Part shown: in pieces, positions 1 to 13,583 of the stretch
Layout of the letters: the number at the start of each line of letters is the position of its first letter
How positions within the stretch are numbered: the first letter of the stretch is position 1
Assembly: GCA_012295275.1 (NCBI GenBank)
Contig: CM022679.1
Span: forward strand, 10,416,001 to 10,480,000
Reading direction: 5' to 3'
DNA from: Chrysomallon squamiferum
Taxonomy: Eukaryota; Animalia; Mollusca
DNA length: 64,000 nucleotides
Notes under the pieces: generated by a model
Databases searched by the model: none
What the model was told of the DNA's origin: nothing
Seen by the model: only the letters and a program-made list of their open reading frames with translations
Position numbers and translations under genes: made by a program

Positions 1-35
1 TAATTTTCAATGCTAAATAAATTATATATATGTCA

Positions 36-38
<3 letters not shown>

Positions 39-119
<81 letters not shown>

Positions 120-216
120 GCGTGAGAGAGAGAGATCGATTGAATCCATGTGACTATATATCAATCCTTCCATCAGTTCGTCCTTCCGTTTATCATTCCC
201 CTATCCAACTATCTAC

Positions 217-311
<95 letters not shown>

Positions 312-331
312 CCAATCTATCTATATATCTA
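39..331. repeat. (AG)n followed by (CTAT)n microsatellites
   Basis: Directly visible. Representative of dozens of (AG)n, (TG)n, (AAT)n, (AAG)n, (TAC)n, (ATG)n and poly-A/T tracts across the window. Confidence 0.95.
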
Positions 332-859
332 TCGAGAGACACTGAGGAAATCCGGTAATAACATATCCTTCGAATATTTGTTTATGTTCAATAACACGTA
401 TCATTAATACGCTTGCTTATCTGAAAATAATATTCAGTCGATACTAACATGCTTATGAATCATTTTATTATCACTGTAATTCTGCACTGTCATTAGAGCG
501 ATTTAATATCAATACTCAACGATACCTGTACTTTTTTTTTTTCAAAGGATATTTTTGTCTTACAAAACAAGTTAATGAAACAAATTGATATTTAGTGCTT
601 CAGATGAAATGTTAACTTGCTCTGTTTAACAATTGATCTGTTTGTAAGTCAATTAATGTACAGAGAAAAAAAAAAAAAAAAAAAAAAAACGATTGGATTA
701 AAATAGAGCAGGAAATCAACAAATAAGTGAGATTATAAGATTAATAATGACAGTACTTTGGGGATATTTCTTCTAATTTTCTAATAGTGCATTCACCTGA
801 AATAAATCGTACGTGAAATGAAAACGATAAAATAAAATAATGTTTCTTTTAGGATAATG

Positions 860-948
<89 letters not shown>

Positions 949-1327
949 AAGAAGAAGAAAAAAAAAAAAAAAGAAGATAAAAACAGTAATACCAACAAAA
1001 AATAAATAAATAAATACATTTTTATAATGAAAGAAAGATTATTATAAATGTAACAAAATGAAAACATTCAAATAAAAACATATAAATTATGGCCTGTCAA
1101 ACAACAACACAATAGGTATGACCATAACATGCTGTTGCTTTTGTTACATACTTCTGCGATTGCATTTACACCTACTGTAGTGACAACTACAGCTACTACT
1201 ATTACTACCAGAATGTACCGAGGGACTATCAGTATTATTTCGGTTTCAATATTAGAATATTTCATTGTTTGTAGTCAACCTGTATGTAACTGGATTCAGA
1301 TAGACTTTTTTTTTTTCTCTTGAGAAT

Positions 1328-1570
1328 AACGCTAAAAATATTGTTTCACAGTAACGCTTAACAGTGTTTTACAATAATAAAACACTATTTCATAGTAACG
1401 TTAACACTAAAACTGACAGTGACGCTAATGCTGCTTCACTGTAATGCTTAACACTGTTTCATAGTAACGCTAAGATTGCTTCACTGTAATACTAAAATTT
1501 CACAGCAATGCTAACACTTTTACAGTAATGCTAAGCACTGTTTCACAGTAGTACTAAAAGAGTTTCGCTG
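1328..1570. repeat. Minisatellite, ~22-23 bp unit, about 10 diverged copies
   Basis: Recurring unit approximately CAGTAACGCTAACACTGTTTCA. Confidence 0.8.
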
Positions 1571-1744
1571 CATGCTTTTATTTACAACTTACCTCATTTA
1601 AACCACCGCCATTTAATACCATGTGACAGTATAAATATTTATAAGGGAGACAACGCTGGAGGGAAAATGTACTTGAGATTTTATAATATTTATAAGAGAG
1701 ATAGATCTAGATTGATAGTGTGAGAGTATAATTATAATTGTAAT

Positions 1745-1858
<114 letters not shown>

Positions 1859-3284
1859 AGAACATACGTTTGCTCTACAAAACATATGTAAAAAAGAAAA
1901 AAAAAAAAAAAAAAAAAAAAAAGGTAAATTTGTTATGTACTGACAGGATGTACCAAACGTACACAAATTCAACTAAACGTTTCTGCTATTAACAAGCGAA
2001 TCGAAATGAAACTAACTGAAAAATTGTTCTTGTTCTTTCTGTGCGGGCCTGCGTTTGTTCGTGCAAGTTTGAAGATGCACATTTGTGAAAAGAGCAAGTC
2101 AGCATTTTAATTGCTTTGCACGAGTTTTCACAAAAAAAAAAAAAATATATATATATATATATGTCGGAATGTTACGTGGAAATTATGTGTCTGTGCAGGT
2201 TTGGCCTGCATCAAAAGAAAATGGCATACCGGGAAATGAAGATAATCCTTGAATCCTTGAAAAAAAAAAAAAAAAAAAAAAACTATAGCAATGTCTTGGA
2301 AATAAACGATCTCAGTTCTAGAATTACCAAGTTTAATCAACTTTTGTCTTCTAAGAACAGTAAATTAACGCTGCCTTGTGATGTAACAAGCCTGCCTTTG
2401 TGCGAGCTGCAACCGATACCGCGATTAATCGAGAGAGAGAGATGCGCACCACCGTGTTGCAGTCGAACATTAACACGTCTAGCGTATCAAGCCCTGACAA
2501 CGAGACTTCGAGCGTTGGTCACGCACATCCTGCCGAGTTCATCAGTCGAGATTGTGGTTTATTTTTTTTTTTTTTTTGTTCTGATATCGAGACAGATTCC
2601 TACGTCGACTTGCAAGACGATAGCAATTTTTATTTTTATTTTTTTTATTTTTTTTTTTTTTTTTTTTTTGAACTCGAAATTCAACGTTTGTCAGCAAGCA
2701 GAAGTAAACATTCCCGCCATTTTTTTTTTATTTTTTTTTTTCGAATTTTTTTAAATTTCTGCTTGCTGATGACTTTACAGATGTATTACCAGTCAGATAA
2801 AATGAGACAGAGAGAGAGAAAAAACAACAACGCAATAACAAAATCGAAAACGACTACAAGAAACAATATTATGTTTTCTATTCTTTATATACCGTATATT
2901 TTTCTTCTTATTATTATTATTATTAATGTCATCATCATCATCATCATCATCATGATTATAAGAGGCGCCAGAGCATGGTATATGTATATTCGATCGAGTA
3001 ATACGGATCCGCCTAATTGAAGGTTGAGACAAATAAAGTAGCATTAATTGACAAGACGAGATACTCAATGCCTGATGACGAGTTGAAAGGGAAAAAAAAG
3101 AAAAAAGAAAAGAGTTTTCTGTCGGCTTTCACGTCTTCAAATGTCGTGCTAATTTCTGAGTGTCTGTAAATTACGATTCCCAAGATCATCGATTTAACGA
3201 AAAGAACGCTTCTGAAGCTCCCCACATAAGAATGCGAAAATCCACTGGATTTCACTTTCGTGGTGCATAAACTCTTTTCGGAGC

Positions 3285-3660
3285 GATTCACTGCGACGAC
3301 ACCGCCGCCGTTCGTTCCGATGATTTGTTGCCTTTCGTCACGTGGTGGACACGACGGCCTCCGCCGTTGAGAAGATCACGCGGCGTGTGCACGCGCGCTT
3401 TTTAGCAGACGTCGATGGTGATTTGTGTTAAGAATTCGAATTTTGGGCTTTGCCGGCGGAAACCCGTTTTGGCACGTCCACGTTCTTTCTTTTTTTTTTT
3501 TTTTTTTTTTTTTTAATAAAATTTATAGGCTCGGAAAATTTCTTTCTTATCAGAGTAGTAGTGCATCGATTTAGATGAATGAAAGTTTCATAGATCCGAT
3601 TTCCTTGCGCTGTTTAATAATAGTGTGTTATCCGTTTGAACTGCGCATGCGCTGTTAAAG
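3285..3660. promoter_or_regulatory. CpG-rich island with NRF1-like and E-box motifs (putative promoter or enhancer)
   Basis: Dense CpGs at 3285-3480 against a very AT-rich background, TCACGTGG at ~3338, and TGCGCATGCGC at 3642-3652. Confidence 0.4.
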
Positions 3661-4999
3661 TAGTACAAGGCCACGTTTGACTGCAGAAAGATGAATAATA
3701 CGGAGATCGATGGGAAAAACATTTAGAATCTTAAAATATTGGCTACGTCATTTTTGTGCTTTTTATTTAGCGTTCCTGTTTAGCTTACAGTACTAATAAA
3801 TATTACATAAAAGATAATGGTGTTTATTTATCTAATTTCTATCATAACACAAAGGATAATGAACTTAAGCTTAAAATGAAATAAAATGAAATAAAACAAA
3901 ATAAATAGACAAAACCCCTAAGTAAAACAACAAAAAAACAAATAAACAAAACCTGAATCTTTACAATCTGTTAAAAACAAATCATTCTGTATTCGAGCCA
4001 ACTGAATAAGTAAAATGCTTTTACAAAATAAACGTTTGAACAGTCAGTTTAAAATTTGTATATGAATAAATGCTTGTGGTCACAAAGTTGACTTTTTAAA
4101 TTTATTTATTTATTTTTAATACAAGACCAAAACAGTCTCTGCAAAGACGAAAATAAAGAAGGCGGAGAAGAGAAAACAGTTAAAATAAACGGGATATGAT
4201 TTCAGACTGGAACATATCACTTTCTGTCAGAGAATTGTCACGAGGAACAAATTTGATTGTGTTTTATCTATATCTATGAGGGTATGTTTAAATAATAGAC
4301 AGAATGAGAGGAAACATTTTGTCTTATTTCCATCAATTATTTGTAAAAGATTTTTTTCATATTTCACCTACCCATAAACAGGAGAAAAATATAACAATAA
4401 TAATAGCAACCATAATAATAATAATAATAATAATAATAATAGGAGTAGTAATAGTAATAACAGTAATAGTGGTAGTAATAGTAGCAGGAAAAGGACTAGA
4501 AGCAGTTGTAGCAGCAGTAATGGCAGTAATATAGGAACATCATCATCATCAGCAGCAGAAGCTTTAGCAATAGTAATGTTGTTGTGATATTATAACAACA
4601 ACAATGATGATGATATTGTTGATGGTGATGATGATGATGATGAGAATGATGATGATGACAACGCTAAGAAAAAGAAGAAGAAGAAGAAGAAGAAACAGAT
4701 GTCTGCACATTACTTTGATATCTAAATTCATGGCTTCGACTGGAAGGGAAAAATTGTTGAAAGCCTTGCTGGCGAAATGGCTTTTCAAACTCCTCTTTAC
4801 AGGCCTGTACTACGCTGAGGTGCCAGTATCTATCTACCAGTGTTATTGTTTATAATTGCAGCCAGTTCCTGGTTATAATGTCTCCCAGGCATTCTTCTTT
4901 TTAAAGCCTTCCACTCAACAAATTCTTGTTTATAACCTCACTTCGTAAACTGTGTATATGGTTCAGCGTATACAAATAGCTGAAGCTGAAAGAACTTAG

Positions 5000-5038
<39 letters not shown>

Positions 5039-5502
5039 TTAACGATCGACCCAATAATTGCCCATTAACACATTTTTGTTGGACATGTTTTGTACAATTT
5101 ACAGACTGACACACGGAAAGAAAATCTGGAGATCGTCCAATAAAGGTTGATAAAATTATAATGTTGTTGGAAAGAAAAAAAAAAAAAAAAAAAAATCCTC
5201 AGAATTTTTGTTTTTCTATAATATAAATAATACTTGTTTCTATTTCGGTCTGTTTATATCGTGTTTGATGCAAGATAGTCTCAGTTTTTCGCGATATTTG
5301 ACGTCATGAATTTTTGATTAGTTTACGAATCGGCTGAAACGCGAAGGAAACTGTAACTGCCGCATTCCAAGATATCTAAGAAACGAAACGCCTTTCTGAA
5401 CGATACGCTTAGAAATGACGGAACTGTTCCGTTCCAGCCAATATTTAACTGGTTAGAAAAAGAAAAGTTTAATTTGCTGATTAGAAAACATTCTGGAAGA
5501 TA

Positions 5503-5538
<36 letters not shown>

Positions 5539-5938
5539 TAATAACATATCACTTTTGAAACTGTTAAAGATCTTTTTGGCCTCATTAGCTAGTATCAGTT
5601 GAATTGACCATTATTGGTTTCAAAAAGTCATGGTATATCATTACCTGCTTGGTATGTGATCAGTCTACTTATTTATAATAATTTGGGATAAATCCGTTGA
5701 CAACATTATTTATAATTAAAAAATATGAAATGATAAAAATAAGATAAGAAAATAACTGAACAAAGGGACATTTTGGAGTTTTTGCTTCGATTTAAAAAAA
5801 GATGGAGGTTGCAAGCTGCTGTACTGGGTTTAAAAATCTATTTTTTTGCCATTTCTCGTCCGGTCTAGTTCTTTAATCATATAGAATATGGATAAATAAT
5901 TAAATAACTGTATATGAAACTTTACGTATGCTCAACGG

Positions 5939-6033
<95 letters not shown>

Positions 6034-6708
6034 TGAATGAATGTAACTGACGTATCGGAACCCCATATTAAATAATACAATATTATTATCCTTTCGTGCC
6101 AGATTCAAAAACGACATTACCGCCTAGGATGGGCCACTGAGCATAATTTCGTAGTGTACAATTGATTTATTCAAGTACCAAACTCAATTTACTTTACGCA
6201 CAATACCTACTAATTCTCTCAACATCAGATTTACACGCTCCGTGCACTGCGGTATTGACTGGTTACGTTGATAACAACGAAGTAACCAGGACGTCAGCGT
6301 ATTTCTGCCCTCCATTCACAGACGTACAGACTTAGGTTGCAGTTTCATGGTTTCAACACAAGCTTGAAGTGTAACGGGTTGCACGGTCAGTCCTCCTAAG
6401 CATGATCTTGAGTCCCGTTTCCAGTTCTCAGTTGCGGTTCCAGATTGATGCATTAAAGTCTGAAAGACCGGTTTTCTTTTTTCACTGTGGTTAGATCACT
6501 GGTCTGGTATGTAATGAAACCGATCCATCTTAGCCAGAGAATTTTGAGTTAGACAATTGTTAAATGAATTTTAATTAGATGAACATTTATTTCAGTATCC
6601 ATTTTTAAAAAATAAAATTCATGGTTTAATACACAGCATCTCGTAACATTCGGGACCCAGACTTTTAGAGAGTCCATTTTGGTGGAACAACTGAGCCGTT
6701 TGAAAACG

Positions 6709-6865
6709 CGTCCTGTTTATGGGATGGTGGTATATGAAAGATACTTTACTGCTAATCAGAATGAGTTATTCTTTTCTCGTTGTCAGAATGGTCCTTAACA
6801 ATAAGTCCAAAAGCCATGAATGCAACCGTAAATAAAATAAGTGTGTCGTTATCTAAGCATTTGTT
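6709..6865 (+). mobile_element. Decayed MetaSINE-like fragment (Meta domain plus 3' tail)
   Basis: tcctgtttatgggatggtggtatatgaaagatactttactgctaatcag...tggtccttaacaata...aaccgtaaataaaataagtgtgtcgtta resembles the Meta/MESC SINE core and tail as recalled. Related tails occur at ~11560 and ~43865. Confidence 0.55.
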
Positions 6866-7543
6866 TTTGTGGTTTCTCGCATTAATCGATCCATTAAAAC
6901 AAAAGTTCTCGTCAAATTAATAAAACCGTACTTTGTTAAACACGATGTCAGTTGTAGTTCATTAGGAGGCTCAGGATAATTGTTTTTACATGTTCGATAT
7001 TTGTCGATGTTTTACGTTATTTAAATGTATGTTTTTCTGACCTAGTTTTCCAATGAAAAGAAAAATAGTTTGGAATTAGCGTCTACTTGTTGACGACAAC
7101 ACTGACATCATCATTATCAGTAACAACAAAAACTATACAGTTTTCTGATAAAAATTTTGAATAACGTTTTTTTGTTGTTGTTTTTTTAAATGTCCGGATT
7201 TTTGGAGTTTTAAAAAAAATTCTCGTATCGGTTTTATTAGGATTAGGGGAAAGGCCATTTTCTTCAAAATAATCTTCACTGTAATTTTGTAGATTATAAA
7301 ATAGTGTCACGGACATATCACTTTAAATAGATAAAACTCACAGGATTTATAACATTGTTAATTTTCGTGCTGGCCTAATTCAAGCATAAGTTCTATTCAT
7401 TTAAATTATTATCTATAATACCTTCACTGTTTTGTTTTTTAATTTTGAAAATGTTCGATCTTTATTTTGAAGTTTAAAGTAGTCTCCTGTAGATTAGATA
7501 AGTTAATGTCCTCACAAGATTATAGTTTGTTTAGACTAGCGTA

Positions 7544-7627
<84 letters not shown>

Positions 7628-7644
7628 AAGAAGAAGAAGAAGAA

Positions 7645-7675
<31 letters not shown>

Positions 7676-7761
7676 AACAACAACAACAACAACAACAACA
7701 GTAACAATAACAATAATAAATAAATAAATGATATGTAACTCTATTTCTTTTTCGCTAATGG

Positions 7762-7976
7762 CAAGTGCTTAGTTTAGTGACTAAGCGTCCAAGCTGAGGC
7801 TAGGCTGGTAGTGGGATCAAACCCACGCACAGCCCCCGTTAGACTATTTCGATTCATTGCCCAAAGACTTGCATTTTAACACTATTGTATGTACTTCCAA
7901 ACACAAAGAGAACAAGAGCGCTCTCGATATTAATTGATAAAAATATCTTCTATTACTGCGACAGCGGGTTTCCTTC
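7762..7976 (+). mobile_element. Decayed tRNA-derived SINE (MetaSINE-like)
   Basis: Degenerate Pol III A box (TAGTTTAGTGA) and B box (GGGATCAAACCC) in tRNA-like spacing, and downstream gcgacagcgggtttcct typical of the Meta-domain 3' end. No intact cloverleaf. Confidence 0.5.
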
Positions 7977-8275
7977 AGGACAAACAGTTATTAATGATAC
8001 AAGATAAAAAAGATAGGATACTTTAAAATAGCTGTTAAAATTAATGTACTGAGTATCGAATGCATAGACTACATCGAACCTCATCATCACCTTTTATATC
8101 ACTAACTTGCTAACAGGTCGTTTATCTTATGATTTATTGGAGTTTTGGGACATGGAGCCGGAAAAAAAAAAAAAAAAAAAAAAAACAAAACAGACCGATT
8201 TTAAAAATGATAAAAAATTGAGCGATCCACTGTAAAAAAAAAAAATAATAATAACAACAAAATAATAATAATAAC

Positions 8276-8308
<33 letters not shown>

Positions 8309-8544
8309 AATAAATAGAAGTCTGCACTTAAGCGAATAATTTGGAATAGGAAAAAATGTATCTGCGATTTCGCAGACTTCAGGAAGATAGAATTTGCCTC
8401 TGGCTAAAGGCCCCAAACCTCTTAATAATTAGTTATTTAAAAAACGACGCTTCAAACCAGTTCTCTGTATTATTAACACGTTCTTCCTCTTTCTCTCAAA
8501 CATTTCAGAATGCGATGTTTTTTGTTGGTTGTTTTATTTTTAGT

Positions 8545-8611
<67 letters not shown>

Positions 8612-10499
8612 CTTTTGCCATTTAATTATTCCCTGAACACGACTTATTCTCTCGTTTTTTTTTTTTCCAGTTTGTGTTGTTATACAAGGCCCGAACGTTT
8701 GAGAGGCCCATTATTTATATTTAACGTCAACGAAAACAAACAAGGACAGCCAGCTTTCACTCAAACAAAACTTTTTCTCTCTCTTCAAATATCGACCACG
8801 AGGCCTCCTAGCAACCTAAGTAATACATACGTAGCATTCATTGTCGTAATGGCGGCTTCAGATTTAGTCATAACGTGACCGCTCATCGATTTGAGGCTTC
8901 GCCATTGATTGAATAAATGTTATAATTACTGGACCTCGTGACCTGATTTGTATGGCTCGGAACGTGTACCATCAAATTAAGTCCCAATAATAGGCAAATC
9001 AGTGCATGTTTACATTCCGAGGTCAGTTCTGAAGAGCAATCAACGAATGAAAACGAACAGAACAACGAGAGTGACGGTCAGTTGTTGCGTTGTGCATTCC
9101 TCCAACATTTCCGGGTGCACCGCATTATAAAGTTTTTTGTTGTTGTTTTTGTTTGCTGTATTATTGGACAGTGGAAACGTGTTAGTTATAGAATTGTTTG
9201 TTAATCGACATTTTTTTTTTTTTTTTTTTTTTTAAGTTATAATAATTATTTGTTTTTCAGGATAAATCTGATTAATTGTTAGTTTTTCAGTATTATTTTA
9301 AACGTTTATTTAACCAAGAAGTGCATGTATCAACAAAAGTAGGTTCTAAGTCATTAGGAATTAGTGACTGCCAACAAACCATCATTTTGATTAAATGCCA
9401 AAATTCATCCAATCTGTAGTTGGAATTTGTTTTTTACTTTTGTTCTCTCGGTAACCGCTTTTTAAACTTACCTCCCTTGCAATAAAATCGGATCCTGAAA
9501 CTGAAAGAACGGGCTTTTTATACTGAATTGTGTCATAACCAGGTTTTTGTTATATTTAAACGGTTTTAAGAGATAACAATAAATTCAACACTCGCAAAAA
9601 AAAAATACCGTTGAATGGCTACTAATAGACCATCTAACTTTATACTGAAGTGTGGTGAAACCTTAATTCATTCACTCACTTATTCATACCACTCAAAAGA
9701 TTTGATCCAGGATCCTAAGTGTGAGAATCCAAAATTTTATCAACTGAATAAAAAAAAAAAAAAAAAATATGGAAATATTTACAAACTTCAGTTAGAAGAT
9801 GCACTTTAAATCTAACACATTCTCGAATCTTTTTTTTTTTTTTCTTTTTTTCCTCTTCAAGTGTTTTCCCCTAACAGTCTTCATTTTTTCTTCTTGTGAT
9901 TTTTTATTATTATTATTTTTTTTTTATCGGTTTTTTTCCCCTCTTTTTATCTAAGAAAATCGTTAAATCGACAAATATAAACCAATATTTTGCATTTCGA
10001 ATTCATATCTGCACTGTTATGTTACAAGTATCTTGATAACTGTCATAATTGCACGATAACACTTCATTTGGCGAGGGAAATGGAAGAAAAACATCTCCGA
10101 AGCGAAGTAAAACGATTGGCAGATGAAAAGCTCGGGATGCTTTCTTACTGGAAGGTCGCATGTCGAGCAATAAAGACATCACTGTGTTGATTATCGAGTA
10201 TCTTTGGACGCAATAATTATGTTACTGAGTTGATATAAACATTATTACTCGTTCAGAGCGTGAAATTTATGGCGAGGATTTATAATCTCTATCTGCTGTT
10301 TTAATTTAGGTGTCGATTAGTCTAAAATCTGAAATCCAAAAGAGTGTTTCGGGATGTAAAAGAAATATTAACTGGATGCATCCAATAATTTTTACTGCAA
10401 AAATAATTAAAATAATAAATAAATAAATAAAATAAATAAATAAATGAATAAATAAACAAAAATATTCCACTAAAACAGATCTACTGTCTCAAAAGTTCG

Positions 10500-10530
<31 letters not shown>

Positions 10531-10809
10531 ATTTACGTAAAATATCTCTCGTCTCCATAGAAACGAATTGTTAATTAGGACAGTTTTTATTATCATTATC
10601 TTTTCTCCACACAGACAGTGACTACTGGAAGCGATGAAATAAAATGTCTGCGATTACAGAGACTATTTCGTCATGTGTGATAACGTAAGCCGGATAACGA
10701 ACGGTCTGTTGCTATGTGTTAGTGCCGCATCCATGTTTGATTATCAAGCAGCAGGACGAAATCTCACCGGTACCGTCACTGAACTAATAACACCTTCTCC
10801 AGATTATTA

Positions 10810-11600
10810 AATGCAGTTAACCAAAGACCATGGTTCTCCTGTCTTTGGGTAGTGCCTGTAAAAATAGGTTTAATGGTTACCAGTCAAAACGTCCTCCTGT
10901 TAAAAGGTAGCCCAGCCGAAGCGTCCACAGTTGTCAGTCAAAACTTCCCTATTTCAAAGTCAATGTTCAGTCAAAGTCAGCACTAGGTCCGGTGAGATGA
11001 GCGCGTTTTCTCAAAAACTGTTCGATGGTTTTTCTTCAGAAATGAACTCGTCACCTTTTTTGTGGTCTTAAGAATACATACATTAATGAGAGGCCACGTA
11101 ATTGATTAATGATGGTACCATAAACTTGTCTGATACTGGAAAAAAAATAATAATTTAAAAACAAAATGAAATAAAGTGATTAAAATACATTTTACATTTG
11201 TTATTTTGTATTAACATTTCAACAGCGCCATGAAATGAAAACTACGAGAAAAGCACAAATAATGATGATCCCCACTTTACTTATTACTACTGGTACGAGC
11301 TGTTGTTTTGACTCGGTGAGCAGGAGACGTTTTGACGAGAATAGCGGGGACGTTTTGACTGGGAGACGTTTTGACTGGGATGCGTTTTCACTTGTTACCG
11401 GTTTAATAAAGAAAAAAAAAAAAAAATAAAGAAAACAAATACAAGAATAACCCATTTCGTGGCGTTGTCGGAGGCAGGTTTTTTTTAATTTAATTTTTTT
11501 TACAACGCCCGCTGTCTTTAACCACACATATCACTCGATTTAGCAGCAAAAACATGTCCAGTGCGTCGTCGTTAAATAAAAAAAAAAATTCTTCTTCCTT
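10810..11600 (+). mobile_element. Decayed MetaSINE-like element split by the foldback insertion (pieces ~10810-10874 and ~11408-11600)
   Basis: Left piece cctgtctttgggtagtgcctgtaaaa; right piece gaataacccat..gtggcg..gcaggttt..gtctttaacca..gtgcgtcgtcgttaaataaaa..cttccttc. They are collinear with the copy at 6709-6865 and resemble, from memory, the molluscan Meta-domain SINE consensus. Needs Dfam/Repbase confirmation. Confidence 0.5.
10875..11399. mobile_element. Non-autonomous foldback-type DNA transposon (modular TIRs built of ~15-bp repeats, 8-bp TSD)
   Basis: Left end GGTTACCAGTCAAAACG versus reverse complement of right end GGTAACAAGTGAAAACG (14/17). Arms carry repeated CAGTCAAAACGTCCC / GGGACGTTTTGACTG units. 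Identical 8-bp flanks GGTTTAAT at 10867-10874 and 11400-11407. No transposase ORF. Confidence 0.8.
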
Positions 11601-12592
11601 CTACCTTCCCAAATGTACGCCAGACAATTTATTTCCTAATCAGTTAATCATCTGATGAAAAGGAGAGTTCATCTCGTTCGATTATGCACGCCTGGACTTA
11701 AATTGAAGACGGGAAGTGTAGACTCTCTAATTAGGAAGACAGATTTGTTATTCCTGTGCTGTGTACTGTTCTGTCGTCAATGCAGACATTTAGCTAAACA
11801 GTTACAGACACTTCTCGGAAAATATCTCTCACATCGTAAAAAAACACACACACAAAAAAAAAACGTAGCAGCATCCATCTGCTCGTCTTCAAACCATTTA
11901 CTGCTACAGAAAGCAGTTTAATTAACGGAATCTCGTGCAACAGACGTTTTGTCCTAGCTGACACAGAATCGTCAAACAAACTGATCAAGGCTACGAACCA
12001 GTTTGTTCTTATGAAAAGTTAAACAGCTGGACTCATTGAAATAGGTTTTAATCATTGTTTCGTATGCAGCCATTAAGTCTGAACTCTTAAATGAAAACAA
12101 ATTATTATTTTTGTATAGTCTAAGTCTGTGAACCATTTTTGTGCTTGAAAAAAAAGCAAAGGAACTGGATTCATTACAAAGAAAAAAAATTATTATTGTT
12201 TTGAATGCTGTAATTATTGTTGAAACTGAATTACGATATTTGTATACTCTGACGCTGTTTTTGATTTTTAAGATTTCAAATTTTAATGAGAATAATATTC
12301 ACTGTGTCTATGTTAAAATCAGTTCCCACTGTTGATAAGTATTAAACGGCTATAGTAAATAAATTCCTATCTAAAGATGACGAGAATTAGCCTCTTTTTT
12401 TTTATTCTACTAACCATTTCACTTACTAACACAGACTCTTGGCCAGACAATCCATGCTGGATGTTTGTTTAATGAATTTGAATCGTCAGTGAATGTGTCC
12501 GTGCGACAAATTGTAAATAAATAAATAAATAAATAAATTATGATGATGATGATGATGGCGATGATACAATAATAATAATAATAATAATAATA

Positions 12593-12633
<41 letters not shown>

Positions 12634-13453
12634 AATAATAATAATAATTCTACTGAATATTTGCAGTAACAACACATTCGAAACAATTAGGAACTACAAA
12701 ATGCTTTTCCAGCTGACATAGCTAATTTCTGTATACGTAAATGTTTTATGTCTTTGTTTTCCTACAGAGAACACAGACTGACTGAAAAAAATAAATGTGT
12801 TTAATACTTTTGTGGACTGGATCACCACTGAAAAACCACTGTGTGTAATTTGATGACATATGTATTATTTAGTCTGTCTGGTAATTGTTTTATTTAGAAA
12901 ACGACCCAGTGTTATTATAATACTTAGTTCATTCCACTGATTTGTGTTTGTTGTAAACTACTAGAGATAAGTATGGATTTATTTATTTTAATATATCTTG
13001 TATGCATGTGTGTGTGTGTGTGTGCGTGTGTGTGTGTGTGTGTGTGTGCATGTGTAAATGTATATATATTTATGTATGTATATATGTATGTCTGTGTATT
13101 TGTACATATGTATGCATGCATAATTTAATAATGCATGTAGGTATGTATGTGTACATGTTTCATTTTATGTCTGTATGTGTGCATTCTCTTTCTGTCTGTG
13201 TTTCTCTGTATATGAGTATGTATATATAAAATTATACACATGTACATGTATGTGTTCATGCATGCATCCGTGTGCATGTATTTTTATGTTTGCTTGTATG
13301 CATGTACATTTACTGAAGTCTGAACAGAAGAATAAAACAACAAATCTAATAACAAATTCTGCACCACCGAGCAATTCCTGTCATTTCAAATCACAGCTAG
13401 AACTGACAGTTACTCCACAAAATCACTTCCCCATACCAAATGTAATACGAATG

Positions 13454-13492
<39 letters not shown>

Positions 13493-13545
13493 TATAATAT
13501 TCGTGAATATGTCTTCATTCTGCGAGCTACATCAGAAGCAAAAGC

Positions 13546-13583
<38 letters not shown>

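Noticed and set aside
1328-1570. Regular ~22-bp repeats as a CRISPR array
   Set aside because: Units are contiguous and diverged with no unique spacers, there are no cas genes, and the context is eukaryotic; it is a minisatellite.
3066-3088. TGCCTGATGACGAGTTG resembles miR-745/miR-22 family mature sequence
   Set aside because: The seed region differs and there is no complementary arm to form a precursor.
7762-7835. Possible tRNA gene
   Set aside because: A and B boxes are degenerate, no acceptor stem or cloverleaf can be built, and it continues into SINE-like body sequence.
8110-8415. Possible MITE relics here and at ~5761-5876, ~42330-42460 and ~47965-48090
   Set aside because: The termini are too decayed to show convincing TIRs or TSDs by eye.
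10615-10684. Plus-strand segment with good acceptor and GTAAGC donor as a coding exon
   Set aside because: Stops occur in all three frames from the acceptor, and it abuts a SINE relic; it cannot be supported without transcripts.
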